Shown here: positions 29,912-40,775 of the stretch, piece after piece
Layout: each line of letters opens with the position of its first letter
Numbering within the stretch: the stretch's first letter is position 1
Virus record (IMG/VR): IMGVR_UViG_3300045970_000154
Coordinates: 1-63,673 of that record
Source: a virus
Taxonomy: Duplodnaviria; Caudoviricetes
Length of the DNA stretch: 63,673 nt
Direction: 5' to 3' (one strand)
Notes under the pieces: model-generated
What the model saw: the letters and a program-made list of their open reading frames with translations, nothing else
The model's database searches: none
What the model was told of the DNA's origin: nothing
Translations under genes and position numbers: made by a program

Positions 29912-30514
29912 TCACGGTCGGAAATATTCGTAGTCGGTGGCATTACCCAGGACGGTCGTAACGTATTTGTTATTTCTCTTTCCTTTGCTGAATGCCGTAG
30001 CACCCAGGTTATATATTTGTAGTGAATTACGGACTGAATGTGTCTTGAGGTATCCCGAAAGAAGATACGTACCGCATGCAATGTTGATTCGAGGGTCATA
30101 ACGATCACACTCCTTTCTTACGCCGGGAAAGTCTTCGGCATGGGCTTTAAAGTCCACTTGGGTGCTACCTTTAGCGCCAGTATGACTTACTGCAAATGGG
30201 GAGGCATCTGACTCTCCACTTACGATTCCAACAACCAACTTCAAAGGAACCTTGTACTTGATGCTAGCGTCTATGGTAGCCTCAGCCATGTAGGTAGCCA
30301 GTTGTGGCCACAGTTTCGGGTTGGTTTCCATGTAGTAAGCTGACACTTTACGCACTGAGTAGCTTTGCTTCTCTTGAGTACGTTCTTGCTTCGTCTCTAC
30401 CTCAAGTTTATAGACCTTGTCCGTCTGGTATCCCAGGACTAGCAGGGATATGAACAGTACGGCTCCCATGAAGTAGATGATTCGGAACGGGTTAATCAAA
30501 TTACGCCTCCTCAT
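29912..30514 (-). CDS. lytic transglycosylase (SLT) with N-terminal membrane anchor
   Basis: GES catalytic motif, AVSHTGAKGSTQV, NIACGTYLL, YNLG. Confidence 0.8.
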   Translation of the reverse strand: MRRRNLINPFRIIYFMGAVLFISLLVLGYQTDKVYKLEVETKQERTQEKQSYSVRKVSAYYMETNPKLWPQLATYMAEATIDASIKYKVPLKLVVGIVSGESDASPFAVSHTGAKGSTQVDFKAHAEDFPGVRKECDRYDPRINIACGTYLLSGYLKTHSVRNSLQIYNLGATAFSKGKRNNKYVTTVLGNATDYEYFRP

Positions 30515-30867
30515 TTTCCGCCTTTCTCAGCTCAGCATAGTTCACTTCGATGAGACGCTCGACAATGTTGGACTTGTTCTTGTTGCTGCGCTTGGCGGTT
30601 ATGTAGTTAAGTTTCTCGATGACTTTTTCGTCAAGGGTGAAGGAACACAGTCGTTTCACTTTAGGCTCCTGGTGCGACATGTCGCACTACGTTCTCATTC
30701 GTCAATCTCTTCGCCTTCCCAGATGATCTTCTTGCCACAGTGGTAGCAGTACTTGAAGTTTCTAGCCACAGCGTGACAACAGTTAGGGCAGTGCCAGAAT
30801 CTACACCACCACTCATCCATATCTGAAGAATCTTCCTTGGTGTTGATTACCACTTGTCGCTTAGTGG

Positions 30868-31194
30868 TCACTTGATGTCCTCCAAAAAGATACCTTCATC
30901 GAACGCTCCACGCTCATGATACTTCTTGTTGCTGGCCATTACGATGTCGGTAAAGGAGATGTCAAATTGAGCAGCGATGGCTTTAACCACCTCGACTACA
31001 TCGACGCATTCGTCCAGAACCTGTGCCGCACCAACACCTACCGCTCCCTCCAGCTCGTCGGACTCTTCCGTCAGTTTGTCGAGCAGGGCATTCATCAGCA
31101 TCCCAGGCTTACCTTTGAGCACCGAGTACACAGGGACTCGACCGTCTTGTCGGATCATTCCAGGAATCTTGTCTCTAACTAATTTGTTGTACAT
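30868..31194 (-). CDS. MazG-like nucleoside triphosphate pyrophosphohydrolase
   Basis: YNKLVRDKIP, KLTEESDE, DECVDVVEV, KYHERGAF. Confidence 0.85.
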   Translation of the reverse strand: MYNKLVRDKIPGMIRQDGRVPVYSVLKGKPGMLMNALLDKLTEESDELEGAVGVGAAQVLDECVDVVEVVKAIAAQFDISFTDIVMASNKKYHERGAFDEGIFLEDIK

Positions 31195-31431
31195 TCGTCT
31201 CCTTGTGCTCGGTTAGTGGTTTTAAAGGTTCCGTAAGTTAGTATAACCTCTACGTACCCTATGTGTGGTAGCAAGCCATAACCATAAGTAGAGAACGCCT
31301 CGCCAGTGTGTATGTCGCGCACCGTGCCGTGTCGGTCACCGGTACTACCTACCATAACGACCTGCCTACCCTGACATAGGTAAACTCGTGCTACGGTTGT
31401 GATTTCCATATAGGTCTCCCAGGTTGAAAGG

Positions 31432-31460
31432 ATTATACCACGGTAATCTAATCTTGTCAA
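31432..31460 (-). promoter_or_regulatory. sigma70-type promoter TTGACA-17-TATAAT
   Basis: Perfect consensus; TCACATCTGCATA box upstream. Confidence 0.85.
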
Positions 31461-31761
31461 GCTAAATATGCAGATGTGAGTAGTTGACTACGGGTCAAGA
31501 TCCTCAGTGAACTGCAAAGAAGTCTGGTACCCTACTACCTCCCACACTCTACCTTTAAGACGTGGCTCAATCTCAAAGGCACGAGTCCAGAATCGGATTC
31601 GTGCTGCGTTTAATCCCAGGTCTTTTGGGACACGGTGAAATACGTCCAGCAGTTCCGCTAACTCCAGACCATCAGCGCCTCCGATCCTGATGAACTCCGG
31701 TTTTTTAGGAGGTTCTGCTTTCTTCCACGGCATAAGTTTTGACATGTTCATGGTACGCTCC

Positions 31762-32880
31762 TTATCCTTTGACGTTGATGATAGGTCTGACATAATGCTT
31801 TATCTCAATCATATCCGCCTGTTGACGGATGACCTCGAAAATATCCTTATAGGCCAGAGGAGACTCGTCCAGGGTTTCTGCATCCACCTTGGCAACTATG
31901 TCTCCCATAGTCGCCTTGAACTCTTCCAGGTTCAGTAACTGCTGCGCAGCCTTTCGACCCAACACGCGGCCTGCCCCATGTGAACTTGACCACAGAGCCG
32001 GAGCATATCCTTTACCTTCCACGATGAAGGAGCCGTACTTCATGTTACCTGGGATGACACCCATCATTCCTGCTTCGGCATGGGTAGCGCCTTTTCTGTG
32101 AATCCAAAGACCATCCTTGAGTTCAGCATGGTTGTGGTTGCGGTTGATAAGGTCGCGCCAAGTAACCTCTCCCTGGCAGAACCTTATCATCTGTGACGCC
32201 ACCTTTCTAACTAACTTAAGGCGATTCTCAAGGGCAAACTCAAGGCAGAAGTTCATGTCCATGAGGTAGTCTCTACCGTTGTCGGAGTCTACCTCAAATC
32301 CAAAGTGACCTTCTCGGGCCTTTCCATCACCAGACGCAAGCTTCATGTAGTGCGTAGCAACTGCATGCCCAATACCGCGAGAGCCAGAGTGGATGATAAT
32401 CCAAACAACCTCTCGCTCATCGTAGCCAATCTCGATGAAGTGGTTTCCACCACCCAAAGATCCTAGCTGGCGCAGTCCGTTCTTCTGGAATATGTCGGCA
32501 AGGTAGTCAGATCCAGGAAGTGAGCATCCTTTATCCCATACTGAGTCATGCTGGTTGTGGTTGAAGCCGACTGGTATGTTGTCATAGATACCCTTGAAGA
32601 TACTCTGCGCCTTGCACTTTACTGTGTACAGCGGGAAGGTGGTAGGTACGGCGCACATCCCGCAGCCAATATCGTAGCCTACAAAGCTAGGATAAATATA
32701 GTCTTTTACCGCTACTACAGCACCAATCGGCAGTGTGTACCCTACGTGAACATCGGGCATAAGTGCTCCCTGCACAACAGTATCCAGGAGCATAGCCTCA
32801 CGAAATTGTTCGAGAGCCTTGGGGTCTACCGTCTCGGAAAATATCCGGTAGGGCTTATCTATTCCATCGAGTAGTTGCAT
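31762..32880 (-). CDS. rtcB: RtcB RNA 3'-phosphate ligase
   Basis: MPDVHVG, VGYDIGCG, GGGNHFIE, HSGSRG, HRKGAT, SHGAGR, DESPLAYK. Confidence 0.95.
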   Translation of the reverse strand: MQLLDGIDKPYRIFSETVDPKALEQFREAMLLDTVVQGALMPDVHVGYTLPIGAVVAVKDYIYPSFVGYDIGCGMCAVPTTFPLYTVKCKAQSIFKGIYDNIPVGFNHNQHDSVWDKGCSLPGSDYLADIFQKNGLRQLGSLGGGNHFIEIGYDEREVVWIIIHSGSRGIGHAVATHYMKLASGDGKAREGHFGFEVDSDNGRDYLMDMNFCLEFALENRLKLVRKVASQMIRFCQGEVTWRDLINRNHNHAELKDGLWIHRKGATHAEAGMMGVIPGNMKYGSFIVEGKGYAPALWSSSHGAGRVLGRKAAQQLLNLEEFKATMGDIVAKVDAETLDESPLAYKDIFEVIRQQADMIEIKHYVRPIINVKG

Positions 32881-33362
32881 CAGTATTCTCCTCTATGAAT
32901 TATAAGGTGGCAGTTTGAGCACACAAGGTCGCACTTAGTAATCTCCGCTACTACAGCATCCCACGCATAGGTCATAAGACCTGAGCCAACACCTATTTCT
33001 TTTTGTTCTGGATCTCTATGGTGAAAACTAAATACTGCCCCATTTAGTCCATCATATAACAAACCACACCGTAGGCACTGTCCTGTAGTATGATTGGATA
33101 TAAGTTTTATTTTTAAGCGTTGACTCCTTGCCGTCCTAGCTTTATTTACACTCTTACGGTTTCTAGCAACCCATGCTTTTTTATGTCCATTCTTGTCGGT
33201 ATATATTCTGTTGTTGTGTCCAGATATGTAACGCCTAGGTCTACCATAGTCATCCATGTTTAGGATCTGTTCTCCACACCCGCAACCACAATCAACCATA
33301 CAAGCAGACTCTTTTTTCTTATCCCAGTTCCGTTGTTTAATCTCTTTCCTAATAAATGCCAC
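32880..33362 (-). CDS. HNH endonuclease (free-standing, homing-type)
   Basis: CGCGCG N-terminal motif, CLRCG, FHHRDP, KCDLVCSNCH. Confidence 0.85.
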   Translation of the reverse strand: MAFIRKEIKQRNWDKKKESACMVDCGCGCGEQILNMDDYGRPRRYISGHNNRIYTDKNGHKKAWVARNRKSVNKARTARSQRLKIKLISNHTTGQCLRCGLLYDGLNGAVFSFHHRDPEQKEIGVGSGLMTYAWDAVVAEITKCDLVCSNCHLIIHRGEY

Positions 33363-33371
33363 TCATACTCC

Positions 33372-33611
33372 TCACACAATTATTAACCACCGCTTCCCTT
33401 TTACGTTCCGATTATTCCAAGAAAAGGTTTCCCAACAAGAAGCTACCAATGATCCACTGAGCGATAGCACACGACCTGCCACAAATTGCAGAGTGCGGGA
33501 GCGTGGTTCAATCTCATTCCTATTGTGGTACGCGAATTCATAGCATACACCTACTGCCAACATGTTACGCAGTTCCGCTGTATCAACGTACGTTCCTACC
33601 AAGCTCTTCAT
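33372..33611 (-). CDS. small paralog family member 1
   Basis: AELRNMLAVGVCYEF ... WLIIV. Confidence 0.7.
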   Translation of the reverse strand: MKSLVGTYVDTAELRNMLAVGVCYEFAYHNRNEIEPRSRTLQFVAGRVLSLSGSLVASCWETFSWNNRNVKGKRWLIIV

Positions 33612-34285
33612 AAACTCTCCGATCTGTTCAGCACATTGCGGACCTTGGTAGCGTCCCAGACTCCGAGCCTGCCACCAGCAGTCAACACCCTAGCCTTATT
33701 TAGTTCATCAGCAATGCTCTTCAAAGCATAACCTCTCAAGCAGTACTCCGCTATCAAAGGTTTCACCTTCTCGGCAAACTTATCCGCTGACTCTTTCCGT
33801 CGAGTATTGCATAACTCTCTACCTATTGAAGCGGATTCTTTCGACAGGTTCTTCGGATTACCCAGCACCACACCACGCGCTCTGGCAGCTTTCAGAGCAG
33901 CTAAGGTACGCTCAGAGATCATCTCTCGTTCGCGCTCTGCCAGAGCAGCGTAGATGTGGATGGTGAACTTGTCAGCCTGTGGCATGTTGCAGATCGTGAA
34001 CTCAAGTCCAGACTTCATCAGAGAGGTTATGAAGTGGACATCTCTCGATAGCCGGTCTAGCTTGGCTATCAGCAACTTAGCACCAGTCTGTCGGCACATA
34101 ATTATGGCATCATCGAGGAGTGGTCGGTTGTCATTGGTGCCCGACTCTACCTCTTCAAATGCCGTAACAAGCTCACCTGGATTGGATGCTATGTAGTTGG
34201 CGATGTCGTACTGTTGTGCCTCTAGTCCCAGACCTGAAACGCCTTGTCTGTTCGTAGATACCCTGATGTAGCTGACGTACTTCAT
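33608..34285 (-). CDS. serine recombinase (resolvase family)
   Basis: YIRVST catalytic Ser, ESG, KLDRLSR, EREMISERT. Confidence 0.92.
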   Translation of the reverse strand: MKYVSYIRVSTNRQGVSGLGLEAQQYDIANYIASNPGELVTAFEEVESGTNDNRPLLDDAIIMCRQTGAKLLIAKLDRLSRDVHFITSLMKSGLEFTICNMPQADKFTIHIYAALAEREREMISERTLAALKAARARGVVLGNPKNLSKESASIGRELCNTRRKESADKFAEKVKPLIAEYCLRGYALKSIADELNKARVLTAGGRLGVWDATKVRNVLNRSESL

Positions 34286-34633
34286 GACTGCCTCCTACTG
34301 GTGGGTACAATCCGTTAGCACTTCACCAAACTTAGCCTCTCCTGTCCAGAATACTAATTCTGCGGAGGAGCAGGAAGTTATCAAAGCTTCCTCTTCTGCT
34401 CTTCTGCCAAGACATTCCAAGTTCCTCATGATCTCTTCCGGGTTGGTTCCGTTGAGGTCTACTCCCACGGTAAGGGTGTAGGTAAACATCTTCGTAGCCA
34501 GACACTTGCACTCAGCAGCCGGAGCTGCTCCTTCGACGGGGTGACCACAGATGGGACAGCCAATTCCTTTACACTCTGCACACATAGCATTCTCCTTTTG
34601 GTTAGGGTTGTGGTGCGACATGTCGCACCTGGA

Positions 34634-34939
34634 TTAGTATTCCGAGGGATACAACACGGTCGTAGCTGACCTGTCAGATTCCGTGATGATCCATACCTTA
34701 ACATCAGTTCCGGCAACTTTAAGGAACTCTCTAGGCATAGAATAAGCAGACACCATTCTTTCTCCGTTAACCATAGCTTCATCGTTCATTTCTTTGTCGA
34801 AGGCATCAACGTCACCCCAATCGGCTGCAAGGTGGCGCTTAAGGCTCTTAGTAACAAAATCATGGAACCCGAAGATATCTATCATATCACTGCTGATGTT
34901 GAACGTGGTTACTATCTGTCCTGCTGCGAATCTTGACAT
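34634..34939 (-). CDS. conserved phage/plasmid hypothetical protein
   Basis: RHLAADWGDV...WIITESDRSATTVLYPSEY motif. Confidence 0.7.
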   Translation of the reverse strand: MSRFAAGQIVTTFNISSDMIDIFGFHDFVTKSLKRHLAADWGDVDAFDKEMNDEAMVNGERMVSAYSMPREFLKVAGTDVKVWIITESDRSATTVLYPSEY

Positions 34940-35212
34940 GGTATCCTCCTGCCTTATGGCCTGTTAAGATATTCCCTTCCCTCTTACTACGTTCTGCTTA
35001 GCATGGTTAAGTCTTGCCTTGTAGTGGTGCAGGGTCTGTAGTTGTAGATTAAGTAGCTCCTCCGCATTCCTAATAAGCAATTCCACTCGCGCTATTTCTT
35101 CCCTCGCTCTCCACTTATCCCCAGACTTTTTAAGTAGCACGTACCTACAACTAATAGCACAAGCCCCTATGACTTCACAGTGTAGGTCTTTGCGTTTCAT
35201 GGCTATACCGCC

Positions 35213-35422
35213 TCAAGAAAGTATGTTAAAGTGTGGGTCGTCTTCTCGGTAGTCGTTTGTTTTAATGTACTTAGTTAAGGTAGTTGGTCCTGCGTGGCGT
35301 TCAATTTTTCCACCTGGAAGTACCTCAAAGCCTGGGTATTGTTTCCAACAAAACGTCTTACATAGCCCAATAGCTATCATGTTTCTAAGCTCTCCAGAGG
35401 TTAGTCCTTTAGTTTTTATCAT
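35213..35422 (-). CDS. small paralog family member 2
   Basis: KTKGLTSGELRNMIAIGLCKTF. Confidence 0.75.
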   Translation of the reverse strand: MIKTKGLTSGELRNMIAIGLCKTFCWKQYPGFEVLPGGKIERHAGPTTLTKYIKTNDYREDDPHFNILS

Positions 35423-35634
35423 GACACTACCCTCCAGGTTGACGAATAAACTCCGCAAGTGGATTGCCTATACTCATCTAAGCTGTAAACCCTTGCTATG
35501 TTGCTATTGTAAGTGCGAATACCACCCTTGCAAAACTCCCGAATAGTGCAGCTTTCGAGCCGGAAGGTCTTACACAGACCAACAGCACCAAGATTGTAAA
35601 TCTCGTCTAGGGTAAGTCCATCAGTCTTCATCAT
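35419..35634 (-). CDS. small paralog family member 3
   Basis: KTDGLTLDEIYNLGAVGLCKTF ... TWRVVS. Confidence 0.75.
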   Translation of the reverse strand: MMKTDGLTLDEIYNLGAVGLCKTFRLESCTIREFCKGGIRTYNSNIARVYSLDEYRQSTCGVYSSTWRVVS

Positions 35635-35837
35635 GACACTACCCTCCAGTCCGCCATATCAGCACACCACACAGCAACCTTGTAGTTAGTTAAGGAATCT
35701 GTATACCAATCTCCTACTGCTCTTACTCCTCCGTTGTGAAACTCTCGCAGGGTGCAGTCTTGGAACCTAAACGTCTTACATAGCCCAACTGCTCCGAGGT
35801 TAAAGATTTCGTCTAGGGTGTACCCTGTCTTTCTCAT
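35631..35837 (-). CDS. small paralog family member 4
   Basis: KTGYTLDEIFNLGAVGLCKTF ... DMADWRVVS. Confidence 0.75.
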   Translation of the reverse strand: MRKTGYTLDEIFNLGAVGLCKTFRFQDCTLREFHNGGVRAVGDWYTDSLTNYKVAVWCADMADWRVVS

Positions 35838-36064
35838 ACGAACCCCCTACCCTCTAGCTTGTAGAGATGCTTATTTCTTCGTTCAGGATTACTGCGCTCG
35901 TACTCCTCAAAAGTTCTTTTGACACCTTCCCTATAATCAACCTTTATCTTTCCGTTAGGAAGTAAAACCCAGGCGTGTCCCATGTCGTTATACCTGAACT
36001 TTTCTGCAAACCCAACTGCTAGGCAGTTCTTAACTTCGTCCCAACTAAGCCCAACAGTTTTCAT
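35834..36064 (-). CDS. small paralog family member 5
   Basis: KTVGLSWDEVKNCLAVGFAEKF. Confidence 0.75.
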   Translation of the reverse strand: MKTVGLSWDEVKNCLAVGFAEKFRYNDMGHAWVLLPNGKIKVDYREGVKRTFEEYERSNPERRNKHLYKLEGRGFV

Positions 36065-36348
36065 AGCACACCCCACGATACAAAGTTAGGCTGGTGGGTA
36101 GAATAAGGAAAACATGTCAGGTACTCCTTAATTGTTTTAGGGTCGCAGGCACAACCAACTCCTATAAAGTGGACTACTCCATCCAATATCTCCAGGTGTG
36201 GGTCAGCTCTTCTACTGTTACCAGGAATGTCAGCAAAGGTGGACAACCCAACCGCACTTAAATTTGCCAGTTCTGGGAAAGTAAGATTACTTTTCATGGC
36301 CAGACCCTTGCAGATTTCTCTAGCTTCGATGTATGTGTGTGGTTTCAT
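36061..36348 (-). CDS. small paralog family member 6
   Basis: KSNLTFPELANLSAVGL ... SWGVL. Confidence 0.65.
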   Translation of the reverse strand: MKPHTYIEAREICKGLAMKSNLTFPELANLSAVGLSTFADIPGNSRRADPHLEILDGVVHFIGVGCACDPKTIKEYLTCFPYSTHQPNFVSWGVL

Positions 36349-36609
36349 GTTACCCCCAAGAAGACCATCTAGTATATTCACTGTCGTAGCGTATCTGCAC
36401 TACCCTGGCCGGATCAATAACTCTCCTACGCAGAAGGTTGAATGTAACCCCGTCCACATTCTCATACTCAGGAGTGCAGTCTCGTCCAGCAAACCTATCC
36501 GTGCCTGCTAGTATCCGATTAAAAGCCTCGCTAAGAAGTAGGCCGCGCGTCTGGTCTAGTTTATCGGAGCAGATTCTTTTGGCATGTTTAAGGGTAACAG
36601 GTGTGGTCC

Positions 36610-36828
36610 TCATAAGGCTCTCCAGACTGGTTGTAATCCAGATATAGGACAACGGTGGAGTAATTCCGAGGAAGAGGCAGAGGAACTTCCTCCATCTGAC
36701 CTGATTAGTGTTCCGTCGCTAAGCATGTGGTAACTGTTATGATTCTCTGCGAACCTAAACTGAGTAACCAGCCCCACAGAAACGAGGTTGAGCATCTCAA
36801 CTAACGTAATGTTCTTTGTCTTTAGCAT
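36610..36828 (-). CDS. small paralog family member 7
   Basis: KTKNITLVEMLNLVSVGLVTQF ... VWRAL. Confidence 0.75.
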   Translation of the reverse strand: MLKTKNITLVEMLNLVSVGLVTQFRFAENHNSYHMLSDGTLIRSDGGSSSASSSELLHRCPISGLQPVWRAL

Positions 36829-37043
36829 ACGGCGCTCCATAGAGGTGCTGGCCCTGATGTAGGACGATCGCGTAAAAAGTCATAGGCAGATAGGTGGCGC
36901 TTCTCTCTACAAGAGTCGAGAACGCCACCTTTGGAGTCTATCCAGTAAAAGTTACTGTTCGTTGAGTAGTGGAACTTTTCAACCAATCCCACTGACACAA
37001 GATTCAGCATCTCAACTAACGTAATGTCCTTTGTCTTTAGCAC
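36822..37043 (-). CDS. small paralog family member 8
   Basis: KTKDITLVEMLNLVSVGLVEKF ... LWSAVC. Confidence 0.75.
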   Translation of the reverse strand: MLKTKDITLVEMLNLVSVGLVEKFHYSTNSNFYWIDSKGGVLDSCREKRHLSAYDFLRDRPTSGPAPLWSAVC

Positions 37044-37052
37044 GACAACCTC

Positions 37053-37871
37053 CTATTCATCTTGTAGTATCAGCATCGCCGCATTGACAAAGCCCTTCAA
37101 GTATTGTCCGTCACATGTAGAGCTGTCAGAAGACAAGTCCAGCAGCCTTTTAAGCACCTTCTGCTTTAATGGCAGACCCTTACCCTCTTTCTTTTTAATA
37201 ATCGTTCCTGGGGCATCCTCAGGCTCCTGAGTAGCCAGTACAACAGGTTCCGACGCTACTTCTACAGGTGGTGCGACATGTCGCACTGAACAAGCAGGGC
37301 AGAGCCACTTCTTACTGCCTTCTTTCCTTCGAGTAGCATTGGAATCTGCCGGTATGAAGGACTGCGCACGGCTTATCATGTCGTTCTCGCCAAGTGACAA
37401 CCGCTGGAAACCTTTTACGACACTTTCACACGCCTCTCCTGAGCAGGGAACCTCTCTCTCTATGTAGTAGCCTCGACCGTCTTGCTTGACCGGGAAGCCG
37501 CTCCATTCGGTGACCTGAACTTTACCTATTCTGGATTCTCTGGCACGCTCGATGAGGTGTTTCATCTGCACGCCGAACTCTTCCATTGTCAGATCGGAGC
37601 TTTCAGCGATGAACAGTTTCTTGAAGAAGTTGTACCGCCGAGTAGCGTCAGCAATCTCTTCGTGCTGAACGTCGCGGTACGTGTCGCCTACTAAACGGTA
37701 GGCCAGTAGTTTAGTCACTCCCTGGCCTGCCGTAAGCAGCACGTCTTGGATGTCGTCAGCGTTGACATCCGGTGGAACATCGAACATATACATGTTGCCT
37801 TGCTGGTCAATCAGTTTTCTTCCTAGATAACGTGGCATTTCTGTACCCTCCCATAGATTGAGTTGGTTCAT
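37053..37871 (-). CDS. hypothetical protein with Zn-ribbon cysteines
   Basis: 272 aa, C..C and WLCPAC; in-frame palindrome (VRHVAP). Confidence 0.65.
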   Translation of the reverse strand: MNQLNLWEGTEMPRYLGRKLIDQQGNMYMFDVPPDVNADDIQDVLLTAGQGVTKLLAYRLVGDTYRDVQHEEIADATRRYNFFKKLFIAESSDLTMEEFGVQMKHLIERARESRIGKVQVTEWSGFPVKQDGRGYYIEREVPCSGEACESVVKGFQRLSLGENDMISRAQSFIPADSNATRRKEGSKKWLCPACSVRHVAPPVEVASEPVVLATQEPEDAPGTIIKKKEGKGLPLKQKVLKRLLDLSSDSSTCDGQYLKGFVNAAMLILQDE

Positions 37872-38461
37872 ACTCTACCTCCTACTTAGTGGAAGGTCAA
37901 GACTTAACGCATAAATAGTCTGGCTTTACCCGCTCGTAACCAAAAACTATCTGATGTTGAACGTCGAGCAACTCTTCATAGATGCGGTGAATTTCCTCTG
38001 CCTGATCCGGTGTACAGGGCAGGTGCGCTTCGATACTCTTGATAGTCGCAGACATACAACTCAGGGTTAGTTGCTGGCGATAAACAGTCATAATTACTCC
38101 TCCTAAAGTCCCGCTAGCGTTCCCTTAGCCTCAGCTATACAGGCTCGGAGCTTGTCGTTGTTGTTAAGAGCTGGATACATCTCACGGATGCGAGAGATCT
38201 TCTCCAGTGACCCGCTCAACTTGTTGTTCTCTTCTTCTTGCAGCATAGCGTCAGCGTTCCTGAACTCATCCAGGTGAGCCATCACTGAGGAGCCGTTGCA
38301 GACAGCCGTTACTGCGTCGAGTGAGTCCTTGAGTTTCTGACACTTGTAGCGACACACAGATAGTTCCGCACGAGTAGCTAATAATTCCTCATAAAGCTGG
38401 TCAAGCATCTGGTAGTTTCCGCTTAGGATGAACTCTCGTCTTTTCATGGCGTCTCCTTCGA

Positions 38462-38692
38462 TTAGTTCAAGGCTGTCCGACAATGCTTGCAAATCGTTGC
38501 TTCCAGCGGGACAAACTCTGTACATGCGGGGCATTTCTTACCGGACTGATTGCTTACCAGCAGAACACACGGTAGTGCCACGATGAACAGCATCCACCCG
38601 AAGAACCACCAGCCTACGAAGCTTCTACCTTTACTCTGTGCGATTGCGCCTGTGATGAGTCCAAGAATTGCTGCGAAAAATAGAATTTCCAT
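38462..38692 (-). CDS. membrane protein with zinc ribbon
   Basis: Two TM segments with KGRS loop, CPAC...CKHC. Confidence 0.7.
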   Translation of the reverse strand: MEILFFAAILGLITGAIAQSKGRSFVGWWFFGWMLFIVALPCVLLVSNQSGKKCPACTEFVPLEATICKHCRTALN

Positions 38693-39308
38693 TTGTGTTC
38701 TCCTTTTCTAGGTTGAGGGTTAGTATCGTTCCGTTAGAATAGTTTACCAAGTGGGTAGTACGCCCAACTCTTTGTCTGTGGTTTTAAAGCTATCAATTCG
38801 TCTGCGGACAGTTCTCTCGGTAGGGGATGTTGGTAGTCGAAGACAACTTGCTGCCCACCCATGCCGTAATAGGTATAACTACCATGCCTACGTCCTCCAT
38901 AAAACTTGCCATAGGGTTCCTTGACTTCAGCCATCTCAGGACTCCTTCTTTGGGCACGAACCGGCACCGTCCAGGCACTTCTTCTTGAGCAGCAGACATT
39001 TCCCGTAAGCGTTCTTGTTGTCACATTTTGGCATGATTATCTCCTTAGTAGATTGGAATCTTGGATTGTATACATGGTTCTCAGTATCGCTTCGCATTGT
39101 TCAAACCTGAGTCCTGTTGAGTATTGGATAGCCGATGGAGATGATCCGTCGCATACCTGCATGAGGGCATTGGATACCTCGGTGTAGGTTGGTAGTCCGA
39201 GGTTGAACAGTTGATTGTTTATACTACTCATCTTTTGCCAATCAGAAAGTCCCATAATAGCCTCCTAGAGTATTTGTAAATTATAATAACATACATATAA
39301 GATTTGTC

Positions 39309-39378
39309 TTGACAGAACTAGGAATCCGTGGTAAAATAGAACCTGTTCTGCCGGAAAAACCTAATAGGGAATTATGCC
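39309..39378 (+). promoter_or_regulatory. antisense-oriented sigma70 promoter, copy 1 of a 70-bp duplicate
   Basis: TTGACA-17-TAAAAT with TG extension; near-identical to 54325-54395. Confidence 0.7.
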
Positions 39379-39803
39379 CCAACTCGGTTAGGGAATGCAG
39401 CTTCGTATTGCTGTACCCAGCCAGGATGTCCTATCCCATCATCCACAACTCCTCCCCATGCTAGACCTGCGTAGGGGTTAACGTAATCCTGTATCCGTAC
39501 CCTCCTTGCTGGTACTGGTGTTGGTAGCACATAGCCGTAATCCTCCACAATGTTACTACCCCACGTAGGTTCCCTCCTACGCTTCCCAAAGCCAAAGTCC
39601 CTGCTGGCATTCCAGATCATCCTACTGTCTTCTTCCATCCACTTCCACTGTTCCCACATCTCTTTCATATCGCCACGGATACGACCATCAGTAGTCTGCA
39701 CCACTTGACCTTCCTCGTACCGATAGGCGACAGATTCGTTGTTTAGTTTTATCTCTCTTACCATGCCCACTGCCAGCATATTCAGTGCTTCACTAAGTTT
39801 CAT
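39372..39803 (-). CDS. small paralog family member 9 (C-terminally extended)
   Basis: MKLSEALNMLAVGMVREI. Confidence 0.7.
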   Translation of the reverse strand: MKLSEALNMLAVGMVREIKLNNESVAYRYEEGQVVQTTDGRIRGDMKEMWEQWKWMEEDSRMIWNASRDFGFGKRRREPTWGSNIVEDYGYVLPTPVPARRVRIQDYVNPYAGLAWGGVVDDGIGHPGWVQQYEAAFPNRVGA

Positions 39804-40045
39804 TTCACTACCCTCCAGCCCAGAGCACATCCCTGTAGCCACTCTTTCAGCATATATTCCGGGCTTCCCCTCCACTCATCAGAGTACTCAATATCTTCCT
39901 CTTTATCGTAGTAGCTCTCCCCAACAATCCTACCGCCTCGGTATATGTAGTTAAAAGATTCCTTCTGGAACTTGATCTTCTCGGCATACCCTACCACCAG
40001 CATATTCAGAGCAGCACCTACATGTAGGTTCTTTGTCTTTATCAC
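39800..40045 (-). CDS. small paralog family member 10
   Basis: KTKNLHVGAALNMLVVGYAEKI ... GWRVVK. Confidence 0.75.
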   Translation of the reverse strand: MIKTKNLHVGAALNMLVVGYAEKIKFQKESFNYIYRGGRIVGESYYDKEEDIEYSDEWRGSPEYMLKEWLQGCALGWRVVK

Positions 40046-40347
40046 TCGTAGCTCCTTACAGTGTTAGAGAATACAACTTGCCACAGTTTTATACTGCTGG
40101 TATAAACCCAATCTTCAATGAATTCTTCCGGTGACCCTTGTGGTTCATCGTCGGTGCTTTCATCTATCCAGTCTCCGTAGTCGTCTTCGTACTGATTTTC
40201 ATCTTCGTGGCCTTGTTTAATTATCTCCTTCGTGTACTTATCATAGTGGTAGTAGTCTCCCTCATACGTATGGTGTATTTCGCAGGTCAGCCCCAAGACC
40301 AGAGCATTTACCGCAGCAGCTACGTCCATGTTCTGTATTCTTGTCAT
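40042..40347 (-). CDS. small paralog family member 11 (acidic insert)
   Basis: NMDVAAAVNALVLGLTCEI ... LWQVV. Confidence 0.7.
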   Translation of the reverse strand: MTRIQNMDVAAAVNALVLGLTCEIHHTYEGDYYHYDKYTKEIIKQGHEDENQYEDDYGDWIDESTDDEPQGSPEEFIEDWVYTSSIKLWQVVFSNTVRSYE

Positions 40348-40529
40348 GACTATCTCCCTAGTCGTCGTCAAGTAGCTCTTCCATGCCACACTCTGTGCAT
40401 ACGAGAGTCACCGTAGTTTCGTTTGCCCGAGAGTTGTAGTCACGATTTTCTGTTATCTCAGTACACCCGCACCGGTTACAGGTTAAGCTGAAGTGTGTCA
40501 TGGCACCCTCCTAGTGCGACATGTCGCAC

Positions 40530-40775
40530 CTATTCAATAAGCTCGTAGGTAAACTCCCAGGCGTTTAGGTTGTGTGGCTGGCGCATAGATGCGGCATAAC
40601 TACCCAAAGCCTGCCCGTACACTCCGCACTGAACCCTTAATTCCAGTCCTCCACCTCCTGATACTTCCAGCCAGGGATACCCACTGCCTCGGGAAAACTT
40701 ACGGCATAATCCTACACTAGCAAGATTCATAATCTCGTTGAAGTCCCTGGTTGTACCTACGTTGCCTGACATCAC
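40530..40775 (-). CDS. small paralog family member 12
   Basis: TRDFNEIMNLASVGLCRKF. Confidence 0.7.
   Translation of the reverse strand: MMSGNVGTTRDFNEIMNLASVGLCRKFSRGSGYPWLEVSGGGGLELRVQCGVYGQALGSYAASMRQPHNLNAWEFTYELIE

Noticed and set aside
31762-33362. Intron or intein in rtcB associated with the HNH gene
   Set aside because: RtcB is continuous with all motifs, and the HNH ORF is upstream and coupled by a TGATG overlap.
33608-34285. Serine recombinase as an integrase or transposon marker
   Set aside because: At 225 aa it lacks the large C-terminal region of serine integrases; no att sites, terminal inverted repeats or transposase were seen.
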